Source: an uncultured Polyangiales bacterium (GTDB taxonomy: Bacteria > Myxococcota_A > Polyangia > Polyangiales > GCA-016699535). Taken from it: DNA of 64,000 nucleotides. The DNA is taken from positions 70,257 to 134,256 of the forward strand of contig CAZXFW010000002.1 in NCBI GenBank assembly GCA_964640175.1, read 5' to 3'. The position numbers and the translations under genes are program-made. The stretch's first letter is position 1. The number at the start of each line of letters is the position of its first letter. The notes beneath the pieces are model-generated. The model was not told the DNA's origin and did no database searches. It worked only from the letters and a program-made list of their open reading frames with translations. Below, piece by piece: positions 46,542-56,135 of the stretch.

Positions 46542-46967
46542 TCAGCCTGCCGACGCCACAGCATCTGCCAACGCCTTCGCAAGGGATGGGGCTTGGTCTG
46601 GATCGAGCGGACGTGAACTCCATTGCACACCCAGCCCTTCGGCTGAGCTCGGCCTGGGGATAAGGTGAAAATGCACATGGAACACCGCTTGATGCGCCAA
46701 GGCCCCGTTGTTTTGCAAGACGTTATAATCGGGGCAGCCGGTGACGCGCACAAGCGCCCGGCACAGACGAGGCAAGACTCTACCCAACGCCGCCGAAGCT
46801 TCGTCAGACAGTTGATCCAAGCGTTCCGCAGGTTCTTTGGGAATCACCAACACATGCCCTCGGCTCAACGGCGCAACATCCAAAAACGCCAGCACATGCG
46901 CATCCTCGTAGACACGATGGCACGGGATATCTCCAGCCAGAATTTTACTAAATACCGTCTCAGCCAT
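46542..46967 (-). CDS. HIT family (histidine triad) nucleotide hydrolase
   Basis: 141 aa. Contains 'FSKILAGDIPCHRVYEDAHVLAFLDVAPLSRGHVLVIPK' and the triad 'HVHFHLIP'. Confidence 0.9.
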   Translation of the reverse strand: MAETVFSKILAGDIPCHRVYEDAHVLAFLDVAPLSRGHVLVIPKEPAERLDQLSDEASAALGRVLPRLCRALVRVTGCPDYNVLQNNGALAHQAVFHVHFHLIPRPSSAEGLGVQWSSRPLDPDQAPSLAKALADAVASAG

Positions 46968-47053
46968 GCGCTCACTATAGGCCAGCCCTCGCGCTGAGAG
47001 AAGGCCTTTTCACGCATTCACAGATCTGCTAAGGAAAGAGGTGGAGGTTTTCA

Positions 47054-47635
47054 ATGAGTTTTGAGCTACCCCAGCTACCTTACGACAAATCCGCGCTTGA
47101 GCCTTACATGAGCGCAGAAACATTCGATTACCACTATGGCAAACACCACGCTGCCTACGTGACCAACTTGAACAAGGCGGTTGAGGGAACACCCAACGAA
47201 AAAAAATCCCTTGAAGACATCATCATGAGCTCAGAGGGCGGATTGTTTAACAACGCGGCTCAACATTGGAATCACAGTTTCTTTTGGAAGTGCTTGGCAC
47301 CGAGTGCAGGCGGTAACCCTTCCGGCGATCTTGCCAGTGCCATCAAACGCGACTTTGGGTCGTTCGATGAGTTTAAGACCAAGTTTGCTCAAGCTGCCGT
47401 TGGCCAATTTGGCTCGGGCTGGGCGTGGTTAGTGCTCGATCAAGGCACCCTGAAAATCACCACCACCTCCAACGCCGACCTGCCTATGAAACATGGACAA
47501 AAGGCTTTGTTCACCGTGGATGTTTGGGAACATGCGTATTACATCGATTACCGTAATGCTCGGCCCAAGTTTGTGGAGACCGTGCTCGATAAACTGGCCA
47601 ACTGGCAGTTTGCCGATCACAATTTCAAGGGGTAG
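47054..47635 (+). CDS. sodB: superoxide dismutase, Fe type
   Basis: 193 aa. Contains 'FELPQLPY', 'HYGKHH', 'AAQHWNHSFFW', 'FGSGWAWL' and 'DVWEHAYYIDYRN'. These residues are Fe-type rather than Mn-type. Confidence 0.92.
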   Translation: MSFELPQLPYDKSALEPYMSAETFDYHYGKHHAAYVTNLNKAVEGTPNEKKSLEDIIMSSEGGLFNNAAQHWNHSFFWKCLAPSAGGNPSGDLASAIKRDFGSFDEFKTKFAQAAVGQFGSGWAWLVLDQGTLKITTTSNADLPMKHGQKALFTVDVWEHAYYIDYRNARPKFVETVLDKLANWQFADHNFKG

Positions 47636-49184
47636 CCAACGTTCCAAATCGACCGTCGCGCGGAACGCGGTAGTACGGCAAGCTACGTGTGCGTACCACG
47701 GCCACGTTGTCCTCATGCCATAGAGGAATCGCTGGCAAATTCTTAGCAAGAATCTGCTGCACTTGGTCATACACCGCGCGGCGTTCTTCTAGATCCGTAT
47801 GGCGCACGCCCTCGGCAAAGAGCCCATCCAAGCGGGGATTGCGATAACGCCAGCGATTCGCGCCCACGGTGGTTTTGGAAGGGATATGATCCGAGCCAAA
47901 AAACCAACTTAGCACATGAGGTTCATAGACTTCGGGCAGTGCTAAAATGGCAAGGTCGTAACGGCCTTCACGCAGGTCATCCAGCAGTGTAGCCGTTTCA
48001 CTGGGCCAGACATCGACGTCAATCCCCACGTCATGCAACATCGCCGCGATGGCACGTCCAATGGATAACCGTAACCGATCGGCACTGGTTCTAAGGCGCA
48101 AGCGGCGGAACTCGACGCCATCACGGCGAGCGTAGTCGATCAGCATCCGCGCACGTTCAGGTTGATATGCATACAGCGGCAAAGCTTTGTCGTATGCCCA
48201 GTGCCCCTCGGGGATAAAGCCACGCGCGATACTCGCCCTTCCCCCAAACTTTGCACGAATGAGCGAGACCCGATCAATGGCATAAGCAATCGCTTGGCGT
48301 ATGCGTGGATCTGAAAGCATGGCTTGGTCGGTACGCACCCCCATGTAGGTCGTCCCGACTCCAGGAGATGACATGACTTTAAACTGCGAATCCCGTTCGA
48401 ACAACGGAACCAAAAGCGGGGGCACCGCATTAAGCGCCAAATCTGCAGCACCTGCCAAAAGCCGCATGGCTCGAGTATTGTCATCACGTACCACCATCAG
48501 ACGCACATGAGCAGCACGTGCTTTGCCTTTGTGCCAATGGGGATTTCTGCACAGCGAAAGTACATTCTGCTGCTTTGCGCACAGCGTATACGCTCCGGAA
48601 CTGAGGATCTGAGCGGCCATGTCCATGGTAATGCGTTTATGCCGATAATGCCGTGATAAAATCGGCAACTCCAGATCGGTGATAAAAGTGGCGTGAGTCT
48701 CTGTCAGTTCGAACACCACAGTATATAAATCCAGAGCGGTCACTGCACGTATACGACGGTACGTTTGGGCATACCGGCTTTTAAGTTCAGGATCGGTCAC
48801 GCTGTGATACGTCGCGATGACGTCTTGAGATGTCAGCAACGAACCATCACTAAACCGCAAGCCTTTCCGTAACCGAACTCGATAGGTCTGCGCCCCGAGC
48901 ACTGTCACTTCTTCAGCAAGATCGGGCACTATGGCAAGCGTGTGCGGATCGATGCTCAAGAGCGAGCTGAACAAAAGCCGACTTACTTTCAGACTATAGG
49001 CATCCGCCGCAAACCTTGGATCGATATCCTGGATTTCGGAAGGCACAAGTACCGTAATCCCCTTGGCATGGTTCCTAGGCCCGGGCGTCGGACCATCGCA
49101 CCCGCCCATCCACACAAGCAAAACGCCACATGTAACCGCCCTGATACAGTGCGCCCTGGCAATCACAGTCCAGACAGAATCCAT
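47625..49184 (-). CDS. ABC transporter substrate-binding protein, family 5 (peptide/nickel type), lipoprotein, orphan
   Basis: 519 aa. Lipobox WMGGCDG. SBP_bac_5-like blocks ('DPRFAADAYS', 'GLRFSDG', 'PLWHEDNV'). There is no adjacent permease or ATPase. Confidence 0.7.
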   Translation of the reverse strand: MDSVWTVIARAHCIRAVTCGVLLVWMGGCDGPTPGPRNHAKGITVLVPSEIQDIDPRFAADAYSLKVSRLLFSSLLSIDPHTLAIVPDLAEEVTVLGAQTYRVRLRKGLRFSDGSLLTSQDVIATYHSVTDPELKSRYAQTYRRIRAVTALDLYTVVFELTETHATFITDLELPILSRHYRHKRITMDMAAQILSSGAYTLCAKQQNVLSLCRNPHWHKGKARAAHVRLMVVRDDNTRAMRLLAGAADLALNAVPPLLVPLFERDSQFKVMSSPGVGTTYMGVRTDQAMLSDPRIRQAIAYAIDRVSLIRAKFGGRASIARGFIPEGHWAYDKALPLYAYQPERARMLIDYARRDGVEFRRLRLRTSADRLRLSIGRAIAAMLHDVGIDVDVWPSETATLLDDLREGRYDLAILALPEVYEPHVLSWFFGSDHIPSKTTVGANRWRYRNPRLDGLFAEGVRHTDLEERRAVYDQVQQILAKNLPAIPLWHEDNVAVVRTRSLPYYRVPRDGRFGTLATP

Positions 49185-49241
49185 ACGCGTGAACGGATAA
49201 AATCAGAACAGGCTAGCAATGTCGAGCTTGGACTAAAGCAA

Positions 49242-50594
49242 TCACTCTTTGATCTGTTTACGAATTTTATTTAACGCTTGTTCTTGAAGCTGACGTATAC
49301 GCTCCCGAGACAAATTGTATTTGTCTCCGATTTCCTTAAGCGTAAGTTCATCTTCGTTATCAAGACCGAAACGCCAGCGTAAAATCCTTGCTTCCATGGG
49401 GCTTAGGCCTGCCAAAAGCCGCGTCACTTGCTCACTCCAGTTTTGGTTTACCAAATTTTCATACGGAGATAAGCCTTCTTCATCTTCTAAGAAATCAATA
49501 AATTTCCGGCCATCTTCGTCATTAACCGTTCGATCAAGGGAAAAGGGAATCTCACTCCAATAGCTTTTGATTTTATCCAGTTTTTCTGTGGTGATGCCCG
49601 TCTCTTGCACAAGCTCTTGCTTGGTTGCATCACGCCCCATGCGCGACGAAATCTGCTGTTTGGCACGTGCTACTCGATTGTACGTATCCAACATATGCAC
49701 GGGAATGCGCACTGCTCTTCCCTTGTCCGCCAGAGCACGGCTAATGGCATGCCGGATCCACCACGACGCATAGGTGCTAAACCGATAACCACGTGTGTGA
49801 TCAAAGCGCTCGACTGCTTTCATCAAACCAATGTTGCCTTCTTGAATGAGGTCAATTAGAGGCAGCCGACCTTTGTTGTACCGTCGTGCAATCGAAACAA
49901 CCAATCGCAAGTTCGCTGCAACAAAGCGGTTCTTTGCAATCTTTTGAGCATGGCGGGCTGTAGCTATTTGCTTGAGATAGCGCTTAAAAGGAGCAGTGAT
50001 ACGCACGCGCACGCCTACCATCTCAGCATGCAACGGACTGTGCGCTATTAATCCATGCACCCTGTGATCGGCTGCCATCACAAAATCGCGATCACCATCG
50101 AGCACTCGCAATTGCTTCGACAGTGCATCGACTAGCGCATCCCAACGTTTCTGCGAACGAGGGCCCAGCTTTGCCTGTTTGCCTTTGCTTAATTTGCTTA
50201 GCTCGCGCACTTCTTTGGGCACGGTTTCAAGACACGATTCAAGCACCTGCGCGACCGCTGCATACGCAGGAGGATAACTCAACAGTGCTTGCCAATATGC
50301 AATCTCCAGACGCTCGACCTCGATAGCGGCGCTCACTTCTTGTTCAGGCGTGAGGACACGGTGTATGGACATGTCATGAAAATAACGGGATAACATTGAG
50401 CCATTGGCCGATGGCGCCCGAGTCGCAAAGACTGCTTCCAAGGACTTTTCTTCTGCGGCACTCACATCGTGGATGTCCGAGTCGTCCATGTCGGGCGCTT
50501 CGGAAGGACGTTGTTGCACGGGGCGGACACCTGTGATGTCACGCCTCGGTTCGCGCTGTTTGCGTTCTACTGCAGTTTGTCGCCTACTACCCAT
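49242..50594 (-). CDS. RNA polymerase sigma factor, sigma-70 family group 1/2 (RpoD/RpoS-like)
   Basis: 450 aa. Region 2 ('[37 protein letters not shown]...[16 protein letters not shown]'), region 3 and region 4 ('[25 protein letters not shown]'). Confidence 0.88.
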   Translation of the reverse strand: MGSRRQTAVERKQREPRRDITGVRPVQQRPSEAPDMDDSDIHDVSAAEEKSLEAVFATRAPSANGSMLSRYFHDMSIHRVLTPEQEVSAAIEVERLEIAYWQALLSYPPAYAAVAQVLESCLETVPKEVRELSKLSKGKQAKLGPRSQKRWDALVDALSKQLRVLDGDRDFVMAADHRVHGLIAHSPLHAEMVGVRVRITAPFKRYLKQIATARHAQKIAKNRFVAANLRLVVSIARRYNKGRLPLIDLIQEGNIGLMKAVERFDHTRGYRFSTYASWWIRHAISRALADKGRAVRIPVHMLDTYNRVARAKQQISSRMGRDATKQELVQETGITTEKLDKIKSYWSEIPFSLDRTVNDEDGRKFIDFLEDEEGLSPYENLVNQNWSEQVTRLLAGLSPMEARILRWRFGLDNEDELTLKEIGDKYNLSRERIRQLQEQALNKIRKQIKE

Positions 50595-50616
50595 AGTTTT
50601 ACGCCTTTAGTCAGTC

Positions 50617-50636
50617 ATGCTGAAAAATATCAGCAT
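50617..50636. other. palindrome in the sigma-factor leader
   Basis: ATGCTGA-AAAATA-TCAGCAT read directly. It lies 23 nt upstream of the sigma-factor start (50594), inside a 312-bp intergenic region. Confidence 0.3.
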
Positions 50637-50906
50637 TTGTATAATTAAGACGTCCCGTGACGATTCGTTTATTCCACCCTTAACAAGGGGCTAGGAGCGT
50701 CTCACCGATCGTTAGTCCGAACGTCATGCAAATCTTGTACCCACCCCGCCCTACCTCCTAAATTCCACTAAAAAATGAGCATCAAGGCCGTCTCTCCTGG
50801 GGACATCTGTTCCCCCAATCGCCCTGCATGGGGTCAGCCATCCCACGATGGACAACCGCATCTGCGCTCTTTCGGGCCCGGGCGGCATTGGATAGGCTAG
50901 CGCGCC

Positions 50907-52697
50907 GTGCTCTCCTCATTATCCCTATTGCACACCCTGCTCCGGCCCTACCGATGGCTGGCAACACTGAGCACCCTCGCCATGCTGGTAGGCGCCCTAT
51001 GCACCGTCGGCTATGCGTACCTGGCAGGCCCTGCGGTAGGCATCCTCGTACCCAAGGCCAGCATGCCACCGCCTCTGCATGGACCGCACCCAGTCGTACT
51101 GCTGGCGTTGTTATGGGTGCTGCTTGCTTTAGGACGAGGCTTTGCCTCAAGCATTCAACAGCGGAGCTCTTCACGATTAACAGAAAATATCATTCACGAT
51201 CTTCGGCACATGCTGTTCACTCACATGCTTGCACTCAAACCGCAGGCTTTGGAACGACAGGGAAAAGGAGATGTGGCAGCTCGACTTACCCTAGACGTTG
51301 CACAGCTCCGACATGTATTGGGCGTCGGCTTGGTGAGCTTCGCTCGTGATGGTCTCACCATGGCAGGGCTTTCCCTGTTGCTTTTTCGGCTACAACCTTT
51401 TTTGGCAGGTGTGGTTTTGGGATGTCTCCCCCTGATTGCGTGGGTGGTCTCGACGTTCACAAGGCGCATTCGCCGCCTGCATCAACACCTAGGAACACTA
51501 CAGGGGCAACTTATCGCAACCCTCACCGAAACCACAAACGCCGCACATGAACTGCGTCACTACCACGCCGAAGCATACCAAACGGCCCGGTTTTCAGAAC
51601 AAACAAACGCACTTAGAGACGCCCATCTAAAACTAACCCGTTTGTCTTCTGTCATGTCAACTCTGATTGAAGCGCTCAGCGCGTTAGCCATGGCAGGAGC
51701 ACTCATCGGTGTTGCCTTTCATACTGGCGTTACTGCGTTATCCACGACGGCATTCGTGTCGTTCTTTGCAGCAGCGTTTTTGTTGTATCGGCCGCTCTTA
51801 CGCTTGGGCAGCACCTTGCAGCAATCCACAGCAGGCCTTGTCGCCCTGGAAAGACTCAAAGAGTTCCTAAACATGCCCATTGAGCCTGTTACGCATGACG
51901 TACGTGTGCCGCCAAACGAACCCGCGATGCTCAGAGCGCGCGAGTTATGCGCCGGCTACGACATCGAAGCGCCAATCATCCGCGAGATGAATCTTGATGT
52001 GAACGCTGGTAGCCTTACTGCAATAGTGGGGCCAAGCGGTGCCGGGAAAAGCACGTTGCTAAACACACTTCTAGGAAACCTGGAACATTGTGAAGGGTTG
52101 ATTCAGTGGCAAGACGCCTCTCGAACGACTTACTCTGCTGCAGAATGGCGCCGTAAGTTTGCATGGCTTTCACAAACACCCCGACTGATCACAGGCACCG
52201 TCACAGAAAACATCGCCCTAGGCGACAAGAACCCTGATCTCAATCGCGTCCATGATGTCATGAGGGCTTCGGGCGCATGGCCGCTTTTGCAGTCGTTGCC
52301 GCAAGGGATGGACACGTTGCTTGGCGAAGGCGGATTACCTCTTTCCGTAGGCGAAACGCAACGCTTGTGTGTGGCACGCGCGTTTTACAAATCAGCCAGC
52401 ATTCTTGTGCTTGATGAGCCCACTTCCTCGCTGGATGGTCCCACTGAACAGGAAATCCGACAGGCACTAAAAGCGTATCAAAACACTCATCCAGAACGGG
52501 CTGTGCTTTTAGTCTCACACCGCCTAAGCACCGTGCACACGGCCGATCGGGTCTTGGTGCTCAAGCAAGGACGCATCATCGAAACTGGCACCCCCAAAGA
52601 ACTCTGGCACAAACGCGGAGATTTTTTTAATCTTTTCAAAGATCAGGTTCTTGCCGATTTTTGGACCACATCTGCAGAAGCATCATGCAACGTATAA
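50907..52697 (+). CDS. ABC exporter, fused permease/ATPase (MsbA/type I exporter-like)
   Basis: 596 aa with a 6-TM N-domain. Walker A 'GPSGAGKST', signature 'LSVGETQRL', Walker B 'LVLDEPTSSLD'. GTG start. Confidence 0.85.
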   Translation: MLSSLSLLHTLLRPYRWLATLSTLAMLVGALCTVGYAYLAGPAVGILVPKASMPPPLHGPHPVVLLALLWVLLALGRGFASSIQQRSSSRLTENIIHDLRHMLFTHMLALKPQALERQGKGDVAARLTLDVAQLRHVLGVGLVSFARDGLTMAGLSLLLFRLQPFLAGVVLGCLPLIAWVVSTFTRRIRRLHQHLGTLQGQLIATLTETTNAAHELRHYHAEAYQTARFSEQTNALRDAHLKLTRLSSVMSTLIEALSALAMAGALIGVAFHTGVTALSTTAFVSFFAAAFLLYRPLLRLGSTLQQSTAGLVALERLKEFLNMPIEPVTHDVRVPPNEPAMLRARELCAGYDIEAPIIREMNLDVNAGSLTAIVGPSGAGKSTLLNTLLGNLEHCEGLIQWQDASRTTYSAAEWRRKFAWLSQTPRLITGTVTENIALGDKNPDLNRVHDVMRASGAWPLLQSLPQGMDTLLGEGGLPLSVGETQRLCVARAFYKSASILVLDEPTSSLDGPTEQEIRQALKAYQNTHPERAVLLVSHRLSTVHTADRVLVLKQGRIIETGTPKELWHKRGDFFNLFKDQVLADFWTTSAEASCNV

Positions 52698-54826
52698 ACC
52701 GCTGGCTAAGCATCGTTTTTTTTATCCTATTCGCACTTTGGCCTCAGGCTGTGAATGCAGAGCCCGTTAGCACCACATGGCACAGACACGTGCGCTTGCA
52801 CGAGACCTTGCCGCTTACCCAGATTTCCATCCACCCAAGCTCTGAGGGCTTGGTGCTGCAGGCCAACGCTGCTGTCCTGCAGGTGCCCATGATCAGCCCA
52901 ACCTCAATTAAAGTGCGGTCGTACAAGCTTAGCCATCGTCCGGATGGCTACGTAGCCATCGTACGTCTCACTTCCAAAACCATGCGATATACAGCGCTTC
53001 TTATCGCGCCCAATCACACCCCGCGTTGGCTATGGTTTGGACGCACCGATCTTTTCGGAGATCCTGGCGAGCGCACCGCAACCATTGTCAAAGTCAACAC
53101 GCATCCCACCACATCTTCCATCCTCATCGCAGAACAGAGGGAGCGTGTGCGCGTCTGCGGCCAACCTCTTGCAATGATACACACGCAGATTGTGGATCCT
53201 GAAACCCTTGAGCTCCGTCCGATATCGGATTCTCGTATTCCTTCGACGATGCGCAGCAACGCTTCTACGCTTGAAGCTATCTCGCAAAAGCCAGCATGGA
53301 TGGCGGAAATGCCAAACATCGAATTGCTTCAGCAAAATATGGCGCTGCCTTATCCCCGCGATTTTGCATCATGGCATTGGCAAAGCCGGCATTGGCCGAT
53401 CGAAGCGTTACGCATCGAGTTGCCTGCCTCTGCGACTTCAATCCGTCGTGTATGGCTTGTAGGAACTTCAGGATATCCTGTGGAAGTCACCTTCCCCTCC
53501 GAAGCCCATACACGCGTGCATTGGATCGTCTTTAGCACACCTATGAATTGGCCATGTGTTTCGGTGATATCAGAAGATGCCGACGTCGATGTATCGAGCT
53601 TTCACGTGCATGGCTTTAGCGCACTGGATCGGAACGACGGACTAGAGCGCCTGATTCGCGCATGGCACGCCGACAACGAAGCCGGCGATGAAGCCGCCGC
53701 ATTGCTCAAGCACTGGGGACCTGAGGCGGTCGGTGCCACGATGAACGTGTGGCCAACATTATCCATAGAACGGCGAAAAAACGCGATTGGCATTTGGGAA
53801 CATTACCTGCCGTCAGAGCCCTTAGCACTCAAAGCACTTGTTTCGGCCGCCAAAGACCCTAACGCGCGCGTCCGACACGCTGCGCTTGATGTGCTCATCA
53901 ACACCAAAGACGTCGCGGTGGAAGACCTGGGACCGTTGAGCTTTGAGCCGTCCGCTCAAGGAGATCGCGTTGCATTGTGGCTTGCAACGCACCATCCAGA
54001 GGCTGCGGTGAACATACTTCTGGATGCCTTTGGGTCTAGCGGAGGCACCGAACGTCCTGTGCTCCGAATGGCCTTTGAACGGGGAGTTTCTACCGCACCT
54101 CCTGCGCGAACCCTACGTACTTTGGAGGCATGGTGGGCTTCGAAGCCAGCGATCAGTATACGCGCTGCCGTCATCCTAGCCCTCGCCAACGTTCAAGCCT
54201 ACCAGTCACAAGCCAACCAGTGGCTCCGTGCCACGTTACCCGATGCGCAAGACTTCAAAGATCAATGGCGCTTGACGCAAAGCACAACGCTTTTGCCCCC
54301 TGATGATGTCGTTGACCAATGGCTCGCCACATTGTTGGGCAAAACCACGCCTTGGATGCTCCGCAACAAAGCACTTGAATCGATCGATAAACGTAATGCA
54401 AAGGACCATCTCCGGCACCTGAGACACGCACTTCAAGACAGCTACCCTGTGGTAAAGCAGACTGCCATTCACAGTCTTCTTAAACGAAAGTCCAAAGCAA
54501 GCTGGCCAGTGATTGAGCGAAGGTTACGTGACCCTGCAGAATGGCCCCTTGTAAAACATGCTGCACTAAGCTTTTTGTCCGAGCTCTGCGTGCATGAAGG
54601 CTCTGCTGCGGTAGTGGATATCCTCTTGAAACCCGTAACCCCTATGACGCGATCGAGCCAACGCCTGCGTGAACATGCATGGGCCGTGGCCATGGCTCTG
54701 GGAGGAAAGGCGCGAAAAGACGCGCTAAAGATAGCCTCTAGCAGGCATTGGCCTACATTAAAGAGAGAATCCCTGAAACGTGCGGCCCAAACGCCGCCTC
54801 GATGTCAAATCCCGGGAAACTTGTAA
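52685..54826 (+). CDS. secreted protein with C-terminal HEAT-like repeats
   Basis: Signal 'MQRINRWLSIVFFILFALWPQAVNA'. C-terminal repeats ('NARVRHAALDVLIN', 'YPVVKQTAIHSLLK'). The start overlaps the ABC exporter stop by 13 nt. The ORF track begins at 52661. Confidence 0.55.
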   Translation: MQRINRWLSIVFFILFALWPQAVNAEPVSTTWHRHVRLHETLPLTQISIHPSSEGLVLQANAAVLQVPMISPTSIKVRSYKLSHRPDGYVAIVRLTSKTMRYTALLIAPNHTPRWLWFGRTDLFGDPGERTATIVKVNTHPTTSSILIAEQRERVRVCGQPLAMIHTQIVDPETLELRPISDSRIPSTMRSNASTLEAISQKPAWMAEMPNIELLQQNMALPYPRDFASWHWQSRHWPIEALRIELPASATSIRRVWLVGTSGYPVEVTFPSEAHTRVHWIVFSTPMNWPCVSVISEDADVDVSSFHVHGFSALDRNDGLERLIRAWHADNEAGDEAAALLKHWGPEAVGATMNVWPTLSIERRKNAIGIWEHYLPSEPLALKALVSAAKDPNARVRHAALDVLINTKDVAVEDLGPLSFEPSAQGDRVALWLATHHPEAAVNILLDAFGSSGGTERPVLRMAFERGVSTAPPARTLRTLEAWWASKPAISIRAAVILALANVQAYQSQANQWLRATLPDAQDFKDQWRLTQSTTLLPPDDVVDQWLATLLGKTTPWMLRNKALESIDKRNAKDHLRHLRHALQDSYPVVKQTAIHSLLKRKSKASWPVIERRLRDPAEWPLVKHAALSFLSELCVHEGSAAVVDILLKPVTPMTRSSQRLREHAWAVAMALGGKARKDALKIASSRHWPTLKRESLKRAAQTPPRCQIPGNL

Positions 54827-54854
54827 CCTACGGCCCGACGTTTATTATAGGCCC

Positions 54855-55511
54855 ATGCGACATCTTATTCTAGAGCCTGTCACCAAGTCCCTCTCAATCG
54901 GATTGGGTGCCATCATGGTATTAGTGGCAGCGTGTGGCCAGAGCGGCACTGCAAGCCAAGCGGAGGTAGAAAAACTCCCTACCATTCAGCCTCAGTTGCC
55001 TGAAGTTCCCACGCTTCCGCCTCCGCCCCATCCTGTGCGTTACAACGATGAAAGCTACAGCGTGTATGGGTTACGAAAAGAGCTGCGCAAAGAAATCGAT
55101 AAGGATGTCACTCTTACGGGCTACATCGTAAACATCTATCAACCTGAGCCTTGCCCAAAGGGCGAAACGTGCCCTCCTCCACGCGCACCGCATCTGTGGC
55201 TTGCAGACACTCCTGAAGAAAAAGATGTTGAAAAACTTATTCGGCTCTGTGGTTATGCCGAAAATCACGAAGAGCTTGCTAAAGCGGCACGCTCTGCGCG
55301 CACCAAGCCTGATCCCGAATCAGGTATCATTCCCATTCCGAACGACTTCGCCGTGGGTGCCAAGGTCAAAGTTAAAGCACACTTTGCCTATATTTCAGGC
55401 CTTGGATTCAATGATGCCAGTGGGCTATTGGATTACCGTGGCCATGAAACGCTAGAGGGCGGGAAAGCACCTGTGCGCAAGAAGCCTTCCGTACAAAAGG
55501 TGGAGTTTTAA
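54855..55511 (+). CDS. hypothetical lipoprotein
   Basis: Start at the internal Met gives 'MRHLILEP...GAIMVLVAACGQSG' (lipobox LVAAC). Pro-rich linker. No family recognised. The ORF track begins at 54780. Confidence 0.5.
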   Translation: MRHLILEPVTKSLSIGLGAIMVLVAACGQSGTASQAEVEKLPTIQPQLPEVPTLPPPPHPVRYNDESYSVYGLRKELRKEIDKDVTLTGYIVNIYQPEPCPKGETCPPPRAPHLWLADTPEEKDVEKLIRLCGYAENHEELAKAARSARTKPDPESGIIPIPNDFAVGAKVKVKAHFAYISGLGFNDASGLLDYRGHETLEGGKAPVRKKPSVQKVEF

Positions 55512-55538
55512 CACACCCTAAATAGCCTACGAAGGTAG

Positions 55539-56135
55539 TTAGCTCCCTGCATCGGACGCAGGCTGTGCTTGAGGTAAGTAATGCGCAGCGTCTTGCTTCA
55601 AGTGTTGTACAAACTCTTCATTGACGACATAGGCAACACTTAAGTCATCGCCTTGCGCATAATATCCCTGGCTGCGGAAATCTTTTCTACCAATAGCCAG
55701 AATGTAACGTCGGCCCTTAACCCAATACGACAACCGAATCCAAGGGGTTTCTAACCCAAACTGCGTTCGGTCCTGTTTGCTCAACGCCTGCAGACGTCGC
55801 AGGGGTTCCATCCATTCGAGCTCCGAAACAAGGGTGTCTATCGCTTGCTTATCGAGAGCAGCCTGCTTGGGATAGACCATCCTCCATTGGCCCGCAGTAT
55901 GAACCGCAGGATTAACATGTTTCCGGACAAATATGATTCGCTTTCCACGATGCGCAATCTGAATACGACTAACTTCCTGCACCATGAACGTGGGAAGCAG
56001 TGTTTCTTTGCGTGACTGAAGCTGACCGCTTGAAAGCGTATGATGCTCTACAAAGGTAATGTACGCCGCTAACCCTAATGCAATCACAGCAAGCGGAACG
56101 ATCAGTCGCCAGCTCACGCCCGGCGTCTCCACCAC
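55539..56135 (-). CDS. DUF4340-like membrane-anchored protein (accessory gene of GldG-type ABC systems)
   Basis: 198 aa. N-terminal TM (LIVPLAVIALGLAAYITFV). Its position immediately downstream of, and overlapping, the gldG-like gene is typical for DUF4340. Assignment rests on context and memory. Confidence 0.45.
   Translation of the reverse strand: MVETPGVSWRLIVPLAVIALGLAAYITFVEHHTLSSGQLQSRKETLLPTFMVQEVSRIQIAHRGKRIIFVRKHVNPAVHTAGQWRMVYPKQAALDKQAIDTLVSELEWMEPLRRLQALSKQDRTQFGLETPWIRLSYWVKGRRYILAIGRKDFRSQGYYAQGDDLSVAYVVNEEFVQHLKQDAAHYLPQAQPASDAGS

Noticed and set aside
50828-51349. 173-aa + strand ORF overlapping the start of the ABC exporter in another frame
   Set aside because: It is Arg/Ala/Pro-rich with no motifs. 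The alternative frame encodes a coherent 6-TM ABC exporter N-domain.
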